A program made the translations under genes and the position numbers. DNA of 64,000 nt from an uncultured Methylomirabilota bacterium (GTDB lineage Bacteria > Methylomirabilota > Methylomirabilia > Methylomirabilales > 2-02-FULL-66-22), in contig CAWJSJ010000002.1 in assembly GCA_963845565.1 (NCBI GenBank), positions 2,592,001 through 2,656,000 of the forward strand. The letters are read 5' to 3'. The notes beneath the pieces are model-generated. The model worked only from the letters and a program-made list of their open reading frames with translations. It made no database searches and had not been told where the DNA came from. This document shows positions 45,947-56,549 of this stretch, one piece after another (position 1 is the stretch's first letter; every line of letters starts with the position of its first letter).

Positions 45947-47143
45947 ATGGAAAAGACGCTGGGGGTGGGGAGACGGGATTTCCTGAAGACGACCGCGACC
46001 GGGCTCGGCGGCTTCGCCTACCTGAGCGCCAACCTGACCCGGCCGCCGGACGCGCCGGAGAAGTTCGCGGGGACCCGTGTCCTCGGCCGGACCGGCATCC
46101 AGGTGCCGATCGTCTCGATGGGGGTCATGAACACCGACAATCCGCAGCTGGTGCGCGCCGCCCTCGATGCCGGCTATGTCTTCCTGGACACCGCCCAGGG
46201 GTACCAGCGCGGCACCAACGAGGCGATGATCGGCGAGATCCTCAAGGGTCGCCCGCGGAGCTCCTTCTTCATCGCCACCAAGGCCAGCCTGCCCAAGGAC
46301 CAGGCCACCGGCGGCTACGGGCCGGACGCCACGGAAGAGGCGTACACCAAGAAGATCGACACCAGCCTCAAGAGCCTGGGACTGGACTCCATCGATATCT
46401 ATTACCACCACGGAACCTGGACGCGGGGCGCCACGCTGCACGAGCCGATCCTCTCGGCGCTCCAGAAGGCGAAGCAGGCGGGCAAGATCCGCTGGATCGG
46501 CGTCAGCACGCACCGGAACGAGCCCGAGGTGGTCGACGCCGCGACGGATGCCAAGATCTACGATGTTGCCCTGGTGGCGTACAACTACCGCCAGCAGCAC
46601 GCGGCCGAGGTGCAGAAGGCCATCGCGCGGGCGGCCGGCGCCGGGCTCGGGATCGTGGGGATGAAGTCCATGGGCGGGAATCGCGGCGGCGCGTATGCCT
46701 CGACCCAGATCGACGCCCGCGCCTGCATCAAGTGGGTGCTCCAGGATCCGCACGTCGCCACCGTGATCTGTGGGTTCACCACCTTCGATCAGATGACGCT
46801 CGACCTGGGCGTCCTGAAGGACCTCACGCTGACCGCGTCGGAGCGGGAGCAACTCCGGGCGGCGTCGCTGACGGCCGGTCTGTATTGCCAGGGCTGCGGG
46901 GCGTGCGTCGGCCAGTGCGCGCAGGCGCTCCCGATCCCCGACCTGATGCGGGCCCACATGTACGTGTACGGGTACCGGAACCTGGTGGCGGCCCAGGACC
47001 TGGTACTGTCCCTGGCGCTGCCGGGCAACGCGTGCGGCGCGTGCGGCGCCTGCCCCGTGGTCTGCGCCAATCGCTGGGACGTCTCCGCGCGGGTGCGTGA
47101 CGTCATCCGCCTGCGGGAGGTTCCCACCAGCTTTGTGGCCTAG
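45947..47143 (+). CDS. Aldo/keto reductase with twin-arginine leader and C-terminal 2x[4Fe-4S] domain
   Basis: GRRDFLK leader, RVLGRTG, LDTAQGY, IATK, CQGCGACVGQC and CGACGACPVVC. Confidence 0.85.
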   Translation: MEKTLGVGRRDFLKTTATGLGGFAYLSANLTRPPDAPEKFAGTRVLGRTGIQVPIVSMGVMNTDNPQLVRAALDAGYVFLDTAQGYQRGTNEAMIGEILKGRPRSSFFIATKASLPKDQATGGYGPDATEEAYTKKIDTSLKSLGLDSIDIYYHHGTWTRGATLHEPILSALQKAKQAGKIRWIGVSTHRNEPEVVDAATDAKIYDVALVAYNYRQQHAAEVQKAIARAAGAGLGIVGMKSMGGNRGGAYASTQIDARACIKWVLQDPHVATVICGFTTFDQMTLDLGVLKDLTLTASEREQLRAASLTAGLYCQGCGACVGQCAQALPIPDLMRAHMYVYGYRNLVAAQDLVLSLALPGNACGACGACPVVCANRWDVSARVRDVIRLREVPTSFVA

Positions 47144-47213
47144 CGGCTGCTGAACACGGGACATCCGGACCGTTTTGAGCAGCCCGGGCGAGAATGGGGT
47201 TTTCAGCAGCTTG
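47144..47213. repeat. Family B degenerate/composite copy 4
   Basis: CGGCTGCTGAAC...TTTTGAGCAGCCCG...GGTTTTCAGCAGCTTG, starting directly after the TAG stop. Confidence 0.6.
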
Positions 47214-47238
47214 CCAGTCAAGCCGGGGAGGATCGGGC

Positions 47239-48105
47239 ATGACGACGCGGAGGATCTGGGTGGCACTCCTGCTGGGGATCGTCCTCTGGCAGGCGCCGGC
47301 GCCGGGCGCCGGCGCCATGCCGTTCGCCTTCCCCGCGGTGGACGGTTGGAAACCGGCGGGCCAGCCGCAGGTGTTCTCGCCCGACACGCTCTACGACTAC
47401 ATCAACGGCGGGTCGGATCTCTACCTGAAGTACGATTTTGAAGAGCTGCAGGTGGTCGAGTACCGGAAGGACGCGATGTCGGTGAGCGTGGAGGTCTATC
47501 GCCATCGGGATGCGGACCACGCCTTCGGGATCTACAGCCAGGAACGCGTTCCCAGCGCCGCCTTTCTGCCGCTCGGGGCGCAGGGCTACTACGAGAACGC
47601 GGTCTGCAATTTCATCCAGGGCGGCTATTACGTGAAGCTGAGCAGCGACCATACCGGGGCGGACGACCGGGAGATTCTGCTGGCGTTCGCCCGACGAATC
47701 TCGCAGGCGCTGCCGGCGCAATCCGCCTTGCCGGCCGCCCTGTCGGCGTTTCCGCCGGACGGGAAGCGGCGGAACTCGGAGAAGTTCATCGCCAAGGACT
47801 TCCTCGGGTACGCATTCCTCCACGCCGGGTACCTTGCGGACTACGAGCGGTCGGGTCAGACGTACCAGCTCTTCGTGATCGCGGGCGACAGCCCCACGGA
47901 CGCCCGGGCGATGCTGGGGCAGTACCTGACGCAGATCAAGCAGGAGGTGACTCTGGCCGAGGGGGCGTACCAGGTCAGGGACCCCTATCACGGAGAGATG
48001 GCGCTTTTCTGGAAGGGGAGATACATCTGGGGGACGACGAAGCTGGCGGACCCCGGCCTCCGGTCCGCCTATCTGACGCAATTCGAGGGTCTCGTCATTC
48101 CGTAG
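47239..48105 (+). CDS. Exported protein, DUF6599-like
   Basis: Signal peptide followed by LYDYINGGSDLYLKYDF, VEVYRH...AFGIYSQER, KDFLGYAFL. Confidence 0.65.
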   Translation: MTTRRIWVALLLGIVLWQAPAPGAGAMPFAFPAVDGWKPAGQPQVFSPDTLYDYINGGSDLYLKYDFEELQVVEYRKDAMSVSVEVYRHRDADHAFGIYSQERVPSAAFLPLGAQGYYENAVCNFIQGGYYVKLSSDHTGADDREILLAFARRISQALPAQSALPAALSAFPPDGKRRNSEKFIAKDFLGYAFLHAGYLADYERSGQTYQLFVIAGDSPTDARAMLGQYLTQIKQEVTLAEGAYQVRDPYHGEMALFWKGRYIWGTTKLADPGLRSAYLTQFEGLVIP

Positions 48106-48192
48106 ACGCCCCTCGTCCGTTCCTCCCCCATCGTGCAGGCCGTCCCCGGAGCGGGCGCGGTCGCCATCTGGTTCGGCGGACCGGGCGCCGTC

Positions 48193-49323
48193 ATGAGTGA
48201 CCCGCGCATGTACACCAAGCCCTTCGTCCTGACGACGCTGGCCTTCTTCTGTTTCTTCACGAACGTCAACGCCTACAATCTGCTGCCCCTGCATCTCCAT
48301 GCCTTGGGAGCCCAGGCCGGGGAGATCGGAACGATCATGGCCATGTTCAGCGTGGCCGCGATCCTGGCGCAGGCGATCACGGGGCGATTGCTGGACCGGG
48401 GATGGCGAACGCCCTGTCTCCTGAGTGCGGCGGGCCTGTTGACCGCCGTCTCGGCCGCCTTCACCATGACCTCTCGCCTCGGCTGGCTCCTCTACCTCCT
48501 CCGGTTCCTGCAAGGGTTGGGATTTGCCGTCTACATGACCAGCAGCATGACCTTGATCGCGGACTTGGCGCCGCCCACGCGGCGCGCCGAGGCGGTCGGG
48601 ATCTACGGGACGGGCGGCCTGGTCGCCGTGGCCCTCGGGCCGGCAGTGGGGGAGCTCATCCTGGGCGCCGCCGGATTTCCGGTCTTCTTCGCCACCACGG
48701 CAGGCGTCGCGGCCGCGGCGCTGGCGCTGGCCGCCTCGGTCCCCGCCCCCCCGATGATCCCCGCGGCGCCAGGACCCCGCCTGGGGTGGGAGGGGTGGGT
48801 CCCCTTCCTGCCGGTCCTTCTCCCTGGCTTCCAGTACGGCCTCGCCAACGTCATCGTGTTCGTCTTCCTGCCGCCCTTTGCCCGCGCCCTGGAGCTCCCC
48901 CGGGTCGGACCGTTCTACATCGCCTACACCGGGGCGGCGATCCTGGTCCGCTTCCTCGGGGGTGGCCTGGCCGATCGGATCGGCCGGGAGCGCGTGATCA
49001 TCCCCGCGCTCGGCGCCATGACGGTAGGGATCCTGCTCTGCAGCGGCCTGCACGCCACCTGGCTCCTGGTGATGATCGGCCTCCTGAACGGCACGGCCCA
49101 GGGCTTCGTCATGCCGGCGGCGAACGCCCTGGCGTTCGAGAGGGCCCCCAGCGGCCGTCGGGGCCAGGCGGTGGCCCTCTACAACGGCGCCAACCTGGTG
49201 GGGGCCACGTTGGGAGCGAGCGGATTCGGCTGGCTGGTCCAGGCGTTCGGCTACCGCCCGGCCTTCGTGCTGGCGAGCGGCGTCCTCGCGCTCGGGAGCT
49301 GGATGTTCTGGCGGCAGCGGTAG
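48193..49323 (+). CDS. MFS transporter
   Basis: About 12 TM helices with GRLLDRGWR and GGLADRIGRE motifs. Confidence 0.85.
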   Translation: MSDPRMYTKPFVLTTLAFFCFFTNVNAYNLLPLHLHALGAQAGEIGTIMAMFSVAAILAQAITGRLLDRGWRTPCLLSAAGLLTAVSAAFTMTSRLGWLLYLLRFLQGLGFAVYMTSSMTLIADLAPPTRRAEAVGIYGTGGLVAVALGPAVGELILGAAGFPVFFATTAGVAAAALALAASVPAPPMIPAAPGPRLGWEGWVPFLPVLLPGFQYGLANVIVFVFLPPFARALELPRVGPFYIAYTGAAILVRFLGGGLADRIGRERVIIPALGAMTVGILLCSGLHATWLLVMIGLLNGTAQGFVMPAANALAFERAPSGRRGQAVALYNGANLVGATLGASGFGWLVQAFGYRPAFVLASGVLALGSWMFWRQR

Positions 49324-49513
49324 CCGGACGGCGGTGTATTCCGCACACAAAGTCGGTGGGGGACAACCCCGTTGCCTCCGGGGCGCGAACCGAAGAACCG
49401 CGGGTTCCGGGGCGGACCCCCCGGTGTGCCCGGACTCGCCCGGTCCTTGACAATCGGCGCTTGGCGCAGGATCGTGTGGTTGGCGCGGAGAACCGGAAGC
49501 CGGGAGGCATACC

Positions 49514-50470
49514 ATGCACTATCGCGTACTGGGACGGACGGGGCTGCGGGTGTCCGAGGTGGGGTTCGGGGCCTGGGCAATCGGCGGCCCTGCCAAGCTG
49601 GGGGACCTCGAGATCGGCTGGGGCGAGGTGGACGATGCCATGTCCCTGCGCGCCATCGACGCCGCCTACGATGCCGGCGTGACCCTGTTCGACACGGCCG
49701 ACGCGTATGGGGCGGGACACAGCGAGACGCTGCTCGGCAAGGCGCTCGGGCCGAAGCGGGACCGCGTGGTGATCGCCACCAAGGTCGGCAACCGCACCGT
49801 GGACGGCCGGTGGGTGAAGGACTTCTCCCCGGCCTGGATCCGGCAAGGGCTCGACGCGAGTCTGGCGCGCCTTGGCATGGAGTACGTGGACCTCTACCAG
49901 CTGCACTCCGCGTCGGACACGGCGGAGTACCGGGACGAGGTCTTCGAGGCGCTGGAGACGCTCAAGACCCAGGGAAAGATCCGGAGCTACGGGGTCTCCG
50001 TCGGGCCCGTCGCGCATGGCCCCTGGGTGATCCGGCATACCCGCGCGGACACGATCCAGGTCGTATACAACATGCTGGCGCGGGAGCCGGAGGATGAGTT
50101 GCTTTCCTTGGCGCAGGCAGAGGGCGTCGGGATCATCGCCCGCGTGCCGCTGGCGTCCGGCTTCCTGACGGGAAAGTTCGCCGCGGACGTCACCTTCCCG
50201 GCCAACGATCACCGGGCGCGCACGTACCCGCCGGAGAAGGTCCGCCAGGTGGCGGGGCAGGTCGCCCGGCTGGGGTTCCTGACCGAGGGGCGACGCCGGA
50301 CGCTCGCCCAGGCCGCCCTGCAGTACTGCCTGTCCCACCCCGCCGTTTCCACCGTCATCCCGGGGGCCAAGACGCCGGAGCAGGCGCGCGCCAACGCGGC
50401 CGCCAGCGACGGCGTCCTCCTCACGGCGGACGAGGTCGCGCGGGCCCGCGTTGCTCTTACCGACGTGTGA
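49514..50470 (+). CDS. Aldo/keto reductase
   Basis: LGRTGLRVSEVGFGAWAIGG, FDTADAYG, IATKVG, DLYQLH, VIPGAK. Confidence 0.92.
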   Translation: MHYRVLGRTGLRVSEVGFGAWAIGGPAKLGDLEIGWGEVDDAMSLRAIDAAYDAGVTLFDTADAYGAGHSETLLGKALGPKRDRVVIATKVGNRTVDGRWVKDFSPAWIRQGLDASLARLGMEYVDLYQLHSASDTAEYRDEVFEALETLKTQGKIRSYGVSVGPVAHGPWVIRHTRADTIQVVYNMLAREPEDELLSLAQAEGVGIIARVPLASGFLTGKFAADVTFPANDHRARTYPPEKVRQVAGQVARLGFLTEGRRRTLAQAALQYCLSHPAVSTVIPGAKTPEQARANAAASDGVLLTADEVARARVALTDV

Positions 50471-50604
50471 GCTCGGGACGCGCGGCGTGGCGGTGTGCCG
50501 CCGGCCGACGCATGCCCCTCGCGGGCGTCGGGCGGACGCGCAGCCCGCGGAATCCGGACGGGCCCCTCGCGCCTGACTCCATTTTCGAAGACTGAGGGCT
50601 ACGG

Positions 50605-52509
50605 ATGCACTCCACACGGATGTCGTCGGAAGGCGCCTCCACGGGGAAGACGCCGGCTGCCGCGGACCGACTCAGGGCGCTCTGGCCATTGATCGCGGAG
50701 CTGGTCCGTCCCCGGCGACGCTTGCTGCTGGTCGGCTGCGCGCTGATCCTGGTCAACCGCGTCGCGGGATTGGTCCTGCCGGCCTCCACCAAGTTCCTGG
50801 TCGACGACGTCATCGGCCGCCAGCGATCCGATCTCCTCGGGCCGCTGGTGCTGGCGGTGGTGTGCGCCACCGCGGTGCAGGGGGTGACCTCCTTCGTGCT
50901 GACGCAGCGGCTCTCCACGGCCGCCCAGCGCCTGATCGCCGAGCTGCGCCGCAAGGTGCAGGCCCACGTCGGCCGCTTGCCCGTCGCGTACTACGACGCC
51001 AACAAGAGCGGCGCGCTCGTCTCCCGCATCATGACCGACGTCGAGGGCGTGCGAAATCTCATCGGCACCGGGCTGGTGGAGCTTCTCGGCGGTCTGCTGA
51101 CCGCGGTCTTTGCGCTCGGGGTCCTGGTGTTCATCAGCCCGGTGCTGACCGGGCTCGCGCTGGCCTTTGTCCTGGCGTTCGCCGTCGTCCTGCGCACCTC
51201 GCTCCGAACCGTCCGGCCCATCTTCCGCGCGCGCGGGAAGATCAACGCGGAGGTCACCGGGAGACTGACCGAATCGCTGAGCGGCGTCCGGGTGATCAAG
51301 GGCTATCATGCGGAAGCGCGGGAGGAGGCGGTCTTCGCCCGCGGGGTCCAGCGATTGCTGGACAACGTCCTTCAGTCGCTGACCGTGATCGCGACCATGA
51401 GCCTCTCCGCCACCCTGTTCATGGGGGTGGTGGGCGCGGTGGTGATGTACGTCGGGGCGCGGGAGATCGTCGCCGGCACGCTGACTCTGGGGGGCTTCAT
51501 GACCTTCACGGCGTTCCTGGCGTTTCTGGTGGCGCCGATCTTTCAGGTGGTCAGCATCGGCACCCAATTGTCCGAGGCGCTGGCGGGACTGGAGCGCACG
51601 CGCGAAGTCCTGCGGGAGCGGCCCGAGGACGAGGATCCGACGCGGACCGTGGAGATGCCCAGCCTGCGGGGCGACGTGGTGTTCGACCGCGTGCGCTTCG
51701 CCTACGACGCAGGCAAGGAGGTGCTCGACGCGGTGTCCTTCCGGGCGGCGCCCGGCACCGTGACGGCGCTGGTCGGTCCCTCGGGCGCCGGGAAGTCGAC
51801 GATCATCGGCCTGGTGGCGGCGTTCCATGTGCCGACGGCAGGCGCCGTCCTCGTCGACGGCGTGGATCTGTCCCGCGTGCGGCTCGGTTCCTACCGCACC
51901 CAGCTGGGCGTGGTGCTCCAGGAAACGTTTCTCTTCGACGGCACCATCCGCGAGAACGTCGCCTTCGCCCGCCCCGACGCCGGCGAGGCGCAGATCCTCG
52001 ACGCCTGCCGGATCGCGCGGGTGGACGAGTTCGCCGAGCGATTCGACCGGCAGTACGACACGCTGGTGGGCGAGCGGGGGGTCAAGCTCTCGGGAGGGCA
52101 GCGGCAACGGGTCTCGATCGCGCGCGCCATCCTGGCCGACCCGCGCATCCTCATCCTGGACGAAGCGACCTCCAGCCTGGATTCGGAATCCGAAGCGTTG
52201 ATCCAGGACGGACTCGCGTATCTCATGCGGGGGCGGACCACGTTCGTGATCGCGCACCGGCTCTCCACCATCCGGCGGGCCGATCAGATTCTCGTGGTCG
52301 AGGCCGGCCGCATCGTGGAGGAGGGGACGCACCAGGCCCTTCTCGCAGCGCGCGGCCGATATTTCGACCTGTACACCAGACAGCACGGCCTGGAGGCGAA
52401 TCTGTTTCTGGATGAGGGCGATGGAGACGTTGTTCCCGAACAGCCGCCATCGACCGACTCCGAGGCGAGCAACGGCGCAGAAGCGACGCTCCGGCTCCTG
52501 CGCGGTTAG
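50605..52509 (+). CDS. ABC exporter, fused permease/ATPase (MsbA-like)
   Basis: N-terminal TM domain, GPSGAGKST, LSGGQRQR, ILDEATSSLD, IAHRLST. Confidence 0.92.
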   Translation: MHSTRMSSEGASTGKTPAAADRLRALWPLIAELVRPRRRLLLVGCALILVNRVAGLVLPASTKFLVDDVIGRQRSDLLGPLVLAVVCATAVQGVTSFVLTQRLSTAAQRLIAELRRKVQAHVGRLPVAYYDANKSGALVSRIMTDVEGVRNLIGTGLVELLGGLLTAVFALGVLVFISPVLTGLALAFVLAFAVVLRTSLRTVRPIFRARGKINAEVTGRLTESLSGVRVIKGYHAEAREEAVFARGVQRLLDNVLQSLTVIATMSLSATLFMGVVGAVVMYVGAREIVAGTLTLGGFMTFTAFLAFLVAPIFQVVSIGTQLSEALAGLERTREVLRERPEDEDPTRTVEMPSLRGDVVFDRVRFAYDAGKEVLDAVSFRAAPGTVTALVGPSGAGKSTIIGLVAAFHVPTAGAVLVDGVDLSRVRLGSYRTQLGVVLQETFLFDGTIRENVAFARPDAGEAQILDACRIARVDEFAERFDRQYDTLVGERGVKLSGGQRQRVSIARAILADPRILILDEATSSLDSESEALIQDGLAYLMRGRTTFVIAHRLSTIRRADQILVVEAGRIVEEGTHQALLAARGRYFDLYTRQHGLEANLFLDEGDGDVVPEQPPSTDSEASNGAEATLRLLRG

Positions 52510-52611
52510 GAGCCGTTACGAAATACCTTGATCATCTCTGTGATTTCGTTACGGCTCCTTATGCCGTTGCCAGAATGTCTCTGGTCAAGGTATTCCATGA
52601 CAACGGCTGGG
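52506..52611. repeat. Family A repeat, copy 5
   Basis: TTAGGAGCCGTTACGAAAT...ATTTCGTTACGGCTCCTTATGCCGTT...TGACAACGGC. The TAG is the ABC gene stop. Confidence 0.85.
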
Positions 52612-52645
52612 CGGGCATCGCCGGTGAACCCACGGCGGCGCTGGG

Positions 52646-53905
52646 ATGATGCGCGAGGGGACGGTCGTGACGCACCTGACGGCGGATGGCCGGATCCTGT
52701 TTGCGGCCCGGATCGTGCGGATGTTCGGCTATGGGTTCCTGGCCGTCGTCCTGGCGCTGTATCTGGCGGCGCTGGGCCTGGACGAGTGGCGGATCGGCCT
52801 GCTCCTGACGCTCACGCTGGTCGGGGATACCGCCGTCTCGCTCTGGATGAGCACCCACGCCGACCGGTACGGGCGGCGGACGATGCTGGCGGTGGGATCG
52901 CTGCTGCTGCTCGGGGCGGGTCTGGTCTTCATCGGGACGGATCGGTTCGTGGTCCTCCTGGCGGCGGCGACGATCGGCGTCATCAGCCCCAGCGGGTACG
53001 AGGTGGGCCCCTTCCTGGCCATCGAGCAGGCCGCCCTGTCGCAGGCGGTGCCCGGCGAGCGGCGCACCCACGTCTTCGCCTGGTACAATCTGGCCGGCTC
53101 GGTCGCCACGGCGGTCGGTTCGCTGGCCGGGGGCGGCATCGCCTGGCTGGGCCAGGCCGGGGGCCTGACCCCGCTGGAGAGTTATCGGGTCGTGCTGGCC
53201 GGGTACGCCGCGCTGGGCGGGGTGATGGCCTGGCTGTTCTGGCGACTGAGCCCGTCGGTCGAGGTCGCGCCGATCCCGCGCCCCTCCCCGACCTCTCCGC
53301 GGTTCCGGTTCGGCCTGCACCACTCCGGCGGTGTGGTCCTCCGCCTGTCGGGCCTCTTCGCGCTGGACGCCTTCGGCGGCGGGTTCGTGATCCAGAGCAT
53401 GCTGGCCTACTGGTTCTATCTCCGGTTTGGCACGGACGAGGCGACGCTGGGGGCGATCTTCTTTGGCGCCAATCTGCTGGCGGGCGCGTCCGCCCTGATG
53501 GCATCGCGGATCGCGGCCCGGTTTGGCCTGGTCAACACGATGGTGTTCACGCACCTGCCGTCCAACGTCCTCTTGATGCTCGTGCCGCTCATGCCGACGC
53601 TGCCCCTGGCAATCCTGGTCCTGCTCCTCCGGTTCAGCATCTCCCAGATGGACGTGCCCACCCGCCAGTCGTACACCATGGCCATCGTCCGCCCCGAGGA
53701 GCGCTCCGCGGCCGCGGGCATCACGGGGACCGCCCGCACCGTCGGCGCGGCCTGTGCGCCGGTCTGTGCGGGCCTGCTGCTCGGCGCACCCGCGCTGATG
53801 AGCGGCCCCTTCTTCGTGGCCGGTGGACTGAAGATCCTCTACGACCTCCTCCTCCTGCGGAGCTTCAGGCGGGTGAAGCCCCCGGAGGAGTCCACAGCCG
53901 GGTGA
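52646..53905 (+). CDS. MFS transporter
   Basis: ADRYGRR motif, multiple TM helices, SQMDVPTRQSY. Confidence 0.85.
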   Translation: MMREGTVVTHLTADGRILFAARIVRMFGYGFLAVVLALYLAALGLDEWRIGLLLTLTLVGDTAVSLWMSTHADRYGRRTMLAVGSLLLLGAGLVFIGTDRFVVLLAAATIGVISPSGYEVGPFLAIEQAALSQAVPGERRTHVFAWYNLAGSVATAVGSLAGGGIAWLGQAGGLTPLESYRVVLAGYAALGGVMAWLFWRLSPSVEVAPIPRPSPTSPRFRFGLHHSGGVVLRLSGLFALDAFGGGFVIQSMLAYWFYLRFGTDEATLGAIFFGANLLAGASALMASRIAARFGLVNTMVFTHLPSNVLLMLVPLMPTLPLAILVLLLRFSISQMDVPTRQSYTMAIVRPEERSAAAGITGTARTVGAACAPVCAGLLLGAPALMSGPFFVAGGLKILYDLLLLRSFRRVKPPEESTAG

Positions 53906-54484
53906 CCGCGCTCGGCGCCGCCCGGTCCCGACCCCACGGGGAGCCCGGCGCGCCCGACGGTAGGCTGCCGGATGCCCGGAGTCTAGCGCTCCGCGTCAGC
54001 GGCCAGGTAGACTGCCAATATTGGGCGGGGCCGGCCGTCTTTTTGTCTTTGGTCTTCAGGGGGCGCGCGGACCGGATTTCTCCGCTAGCAGCAGGCCTCC
54101 TGTGGCCGGCGCCCGGCACCTCCAAAACAATCCATCCCTCTCCTTTATGACCGCAATCCCGACCCGGTGACGAGTTCTTCCCTTCGGCGGCACGTCATAA
54201 ATCCACCGTAGGTACGCGAGAATGTACCGTCCGTGTCCGCCCGGTTCGTTTTGCTTCCGTGCGCGACGGCGCTCGCTCGCTGGGTCGTCCTCCACGATCT
54301 ACTTCGACCTCTTTCCCGGCTTGACGCGACGCGGTCTTCCGATGCGAGCCTCCCGCGGCCCGATGGCGTGAGTGTCCGGCCGCGTGATGGCTCCCGAACG
54401 CGGCGCGGTTACTTGGCCCCCGGTGTGCATTTCACAGTGAAAGCTTTCTTTGGACAGCACACACAATCTCAGCGGAGGTGGGCC

Positions 54485-56209
54485 ATGAGCACGAGATGGA
54501 TAACGAAGGTACTGATTGTCCTGGTCGCCGGAATCACGTGGGGTGGCGTGGAACGCGCCGAGGCGCGCACGCCGGCCGTCATCCACGCGTGCGTGAGCAA
54601 GCAGGTGGACCTCGTGCGCATCGTCGAGGTCGGGGAGCGGTGTCGACGATGGGAGACGCGCCTGCAGTGGAACGTGGAAGGCCCCGTCGGTCCCCAGGGC
54701 CCGGCGGGCCCTCCGGGTCCGCAGGGACTCCCCGCGATTGCAACCGCGTCGGGAGCGGGGGTGCCGGGTCCGGCCGGTCCGGCCGGCCCCGCGGGCCCCG
54801 CTGGACCGCAGGGCCCGAAGGGTGATCCGGGTCCCGTGGGCGTCACGTTCCGAAACGCGTGGACCAACGCCGTCAATTACACGGCCAACGACATCGTGAC
54901 CTACAACGGGGAGGCCTGGATTGCGCTGGCCTCGAACACCAATTACGAGCCTACACCGGCCAACGCCGCCATCTGGGCCAAGCTCGCCGCGAAGGGTGAG
55001 GCCGGGCCGCAGGGCCCCCAGGGGGTTGCGGGGCCCATCGGCTGGCAGGGGCCCGCGGGCGCGCCGGGTCCTCAGGGCCCGAAGGGCGATCCGGGTGTGG
55101 CGGGACCGCAAGGCGCCGTCGGTCCGGCCGGGCCGGCGGGGTTGCAGGGCCCGAAGGGTGACAGGGGCGATCCAGGCATCGCGGGAATCGCGGGTGCCGC
55201 GGGACCGCAAGGCGCGCAAGGTCCAGTTGGCCCCGCCGGCGCACCCGGTCTGCAGGGTCTGCAGGGCCCGAAGGGCGATCCCGGTCCGGAAGGGCCAGCG
55301 GGTCCGGCAGGTGGGGGCGTCAACCTACTGCGGGCAGCGCTGCTCCGCTGGTACGATGCGGGCCAGGTGGGGGGCGAGATCGCCGTCGGCACATCGCCGA
55401 TCAGCATTGCGTTCGATGGGGCGCACGTCTGGGTGGTGAATCAGATGCCCAGCCCCGGTGGCCAGACGGGTTCCGTCACGAAACTTCGAGCGTCGGACGG
55501 GTTCACGGTCGCAACCTACAGCCTCGGCAGGTACCCCTGGGGCATCGCGTTCGACGGGGTCCACATTTGGGTGGCGAACAACGGAAGCGGCAATGTGACC
55601 AAACTCCGGGCGCGCGATGGGTCCGCGGTGGGAACCTACAGCGTGGGGGCGTCGCCGATTGGTGTGGCCTTCGATGGGGCGAACATCTGGGTGGCCAACT
55701 ACGGCGGCAACAGCGTGACCAAGCTTCAGGCAAACAACGGGGCGCTGGTCGGGACGTATTCGGTGGGCACGCACCCGTTCGGGGTGGCTTTCGACGGAAC
55801 CCACATCTGGGTGACGAATCAGGACGAGAATTCGGTGACCAAGCTGCGCGCTCGCGATGGGAGTGCCGTTGGAACGTACGCGGTCGGCACGAGGCCGTTC
55901 GGTCTCGCCTTTGACGGAACCCACATCTGGGTGGCCAACGGTTCGGGCAACTCGGTGACCAAGCTGCGCGCGAGCGACGGGGCCGCGGTCGGGACCTACG
56001 CCGTGGGTGGCGGACCGGCGGCGATCGCCTTCGACGGGACCTTCATCTGGGTGGCGAACTTCGACGGCAACTCCGTGACCAAGCTGCAAGCCAGCGACGG
56101 GAGCCTGATGGGAACCTATACCGTCGGCGTCAACCCGTACGGCATCGCCTTCGACGGGACCCACATCTGGACGGCGAACGAGAGCAGCAACACCGTCTCC
56201 AAGCGTTAG
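54485..56209 (+). CDS. Secreted collagen-like protein with CBM5/12-like module and 7-bladed YVTN-type beta-propeller
   Basis: GGAGG RBS and signal peptide, G-X-Y tracts, [20 protein letters not shown] module, and seven ~40-aa repeats (AFDGxxIWVAN...VTKL) with a 120-bp DNA period. Confidence 0.85.
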   Translation: MSTRWITKVLIVLVAGITWGGVERAEARTPAVIHACVSKQVDLVRIVEVGERCRRWETRLQWNVEGPVGPQGPAGPPGPQGLPAIATASGAGVPGPAGPAGPAGPAGPQGPKGDPGPVGVTFRNAWTNAVNYTANDIVTYNGEAWIALASNTNYEPTPANAAIWAKLAAKGEAGPQGPQGVAGPIGWQGPAGAPGPQGPKGDPGVAGPQGAVGPAGPAGLQGPKGDRGDPGIAGIAGAAGPQGAQGPVGPAGAPGLQGLQGPKGDPGPEGPAGPAGGGVNLLRAALLRWYDAGQVGGEIAVGTSPISIAFDGAHVWVVNQMPSPGGQTGSVTKLRASDGFTVATYSLGRYPWGIAFDGVHIWVANNGSGNVTKLRARDGSAVGTYSVGASPIGVAFDGANIWVANYGGNSVTKLQANNGALVGTYSVGTHPFGVAFDGTHIWVTNQDENSVTKLRARDGSAVGTYAVGTRPFGLAFDGTHIWVANGSGNSVTKLRASDGAAVGTYAVGGGPAAIAFDGTFIWVANFDGNSVTKLQASDGSLMGTYTVGVNPYGIAFDGTHIWTANESSNTVSKR

Positions 56210-56230
56210 GAGCCGTTACGAAAAAACCTG
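56206..56230. repeat. Family A repeat, truncated copy 6
   Basis: TTAGGAGCCGTTACGAAAAAACCTG. The TAG is the collagen-like gene stop. Confidence 0.7.
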
Positions 56231-56549
56231 TCCATGGCGTACCCGGTGCGCGTCTTGTTGGGAGAACGGCTCTCCGGGCGGTAACCGGATCCGAGGGCGT
56301 TGAGGGATAGGATCCCTCGACGCCCTCGACATTCAGGCGAGCCTCTCTGCCTTGGAAGCCGACCGCCCCTCCGCCGCGCATCCATCCGCGTCGCGACCTC
56401 GCCCCGAGAGCTGACGTCATCCTGCCGTCAACGCGATTCTCCGTCAGTGTGGTCTGTGGTAGAGTGGCCCGCCCCAGCGGCACTGGAGGGGTGAGCCGCG
56501 GCGGTCGGCTCGCCATTCTGCGCCCGTCGAGGGGCGGAGGAGCACGGCG

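Noticed and set aside
55380..56209. 120-bp tandem repeats as a CRISPR array or DGR template/variable repeats
   Set aside because: They are in-frame protein repeats with mostly codon-level variation. There is no reverse transcriptase and no adenine-specific mismatch pattern.
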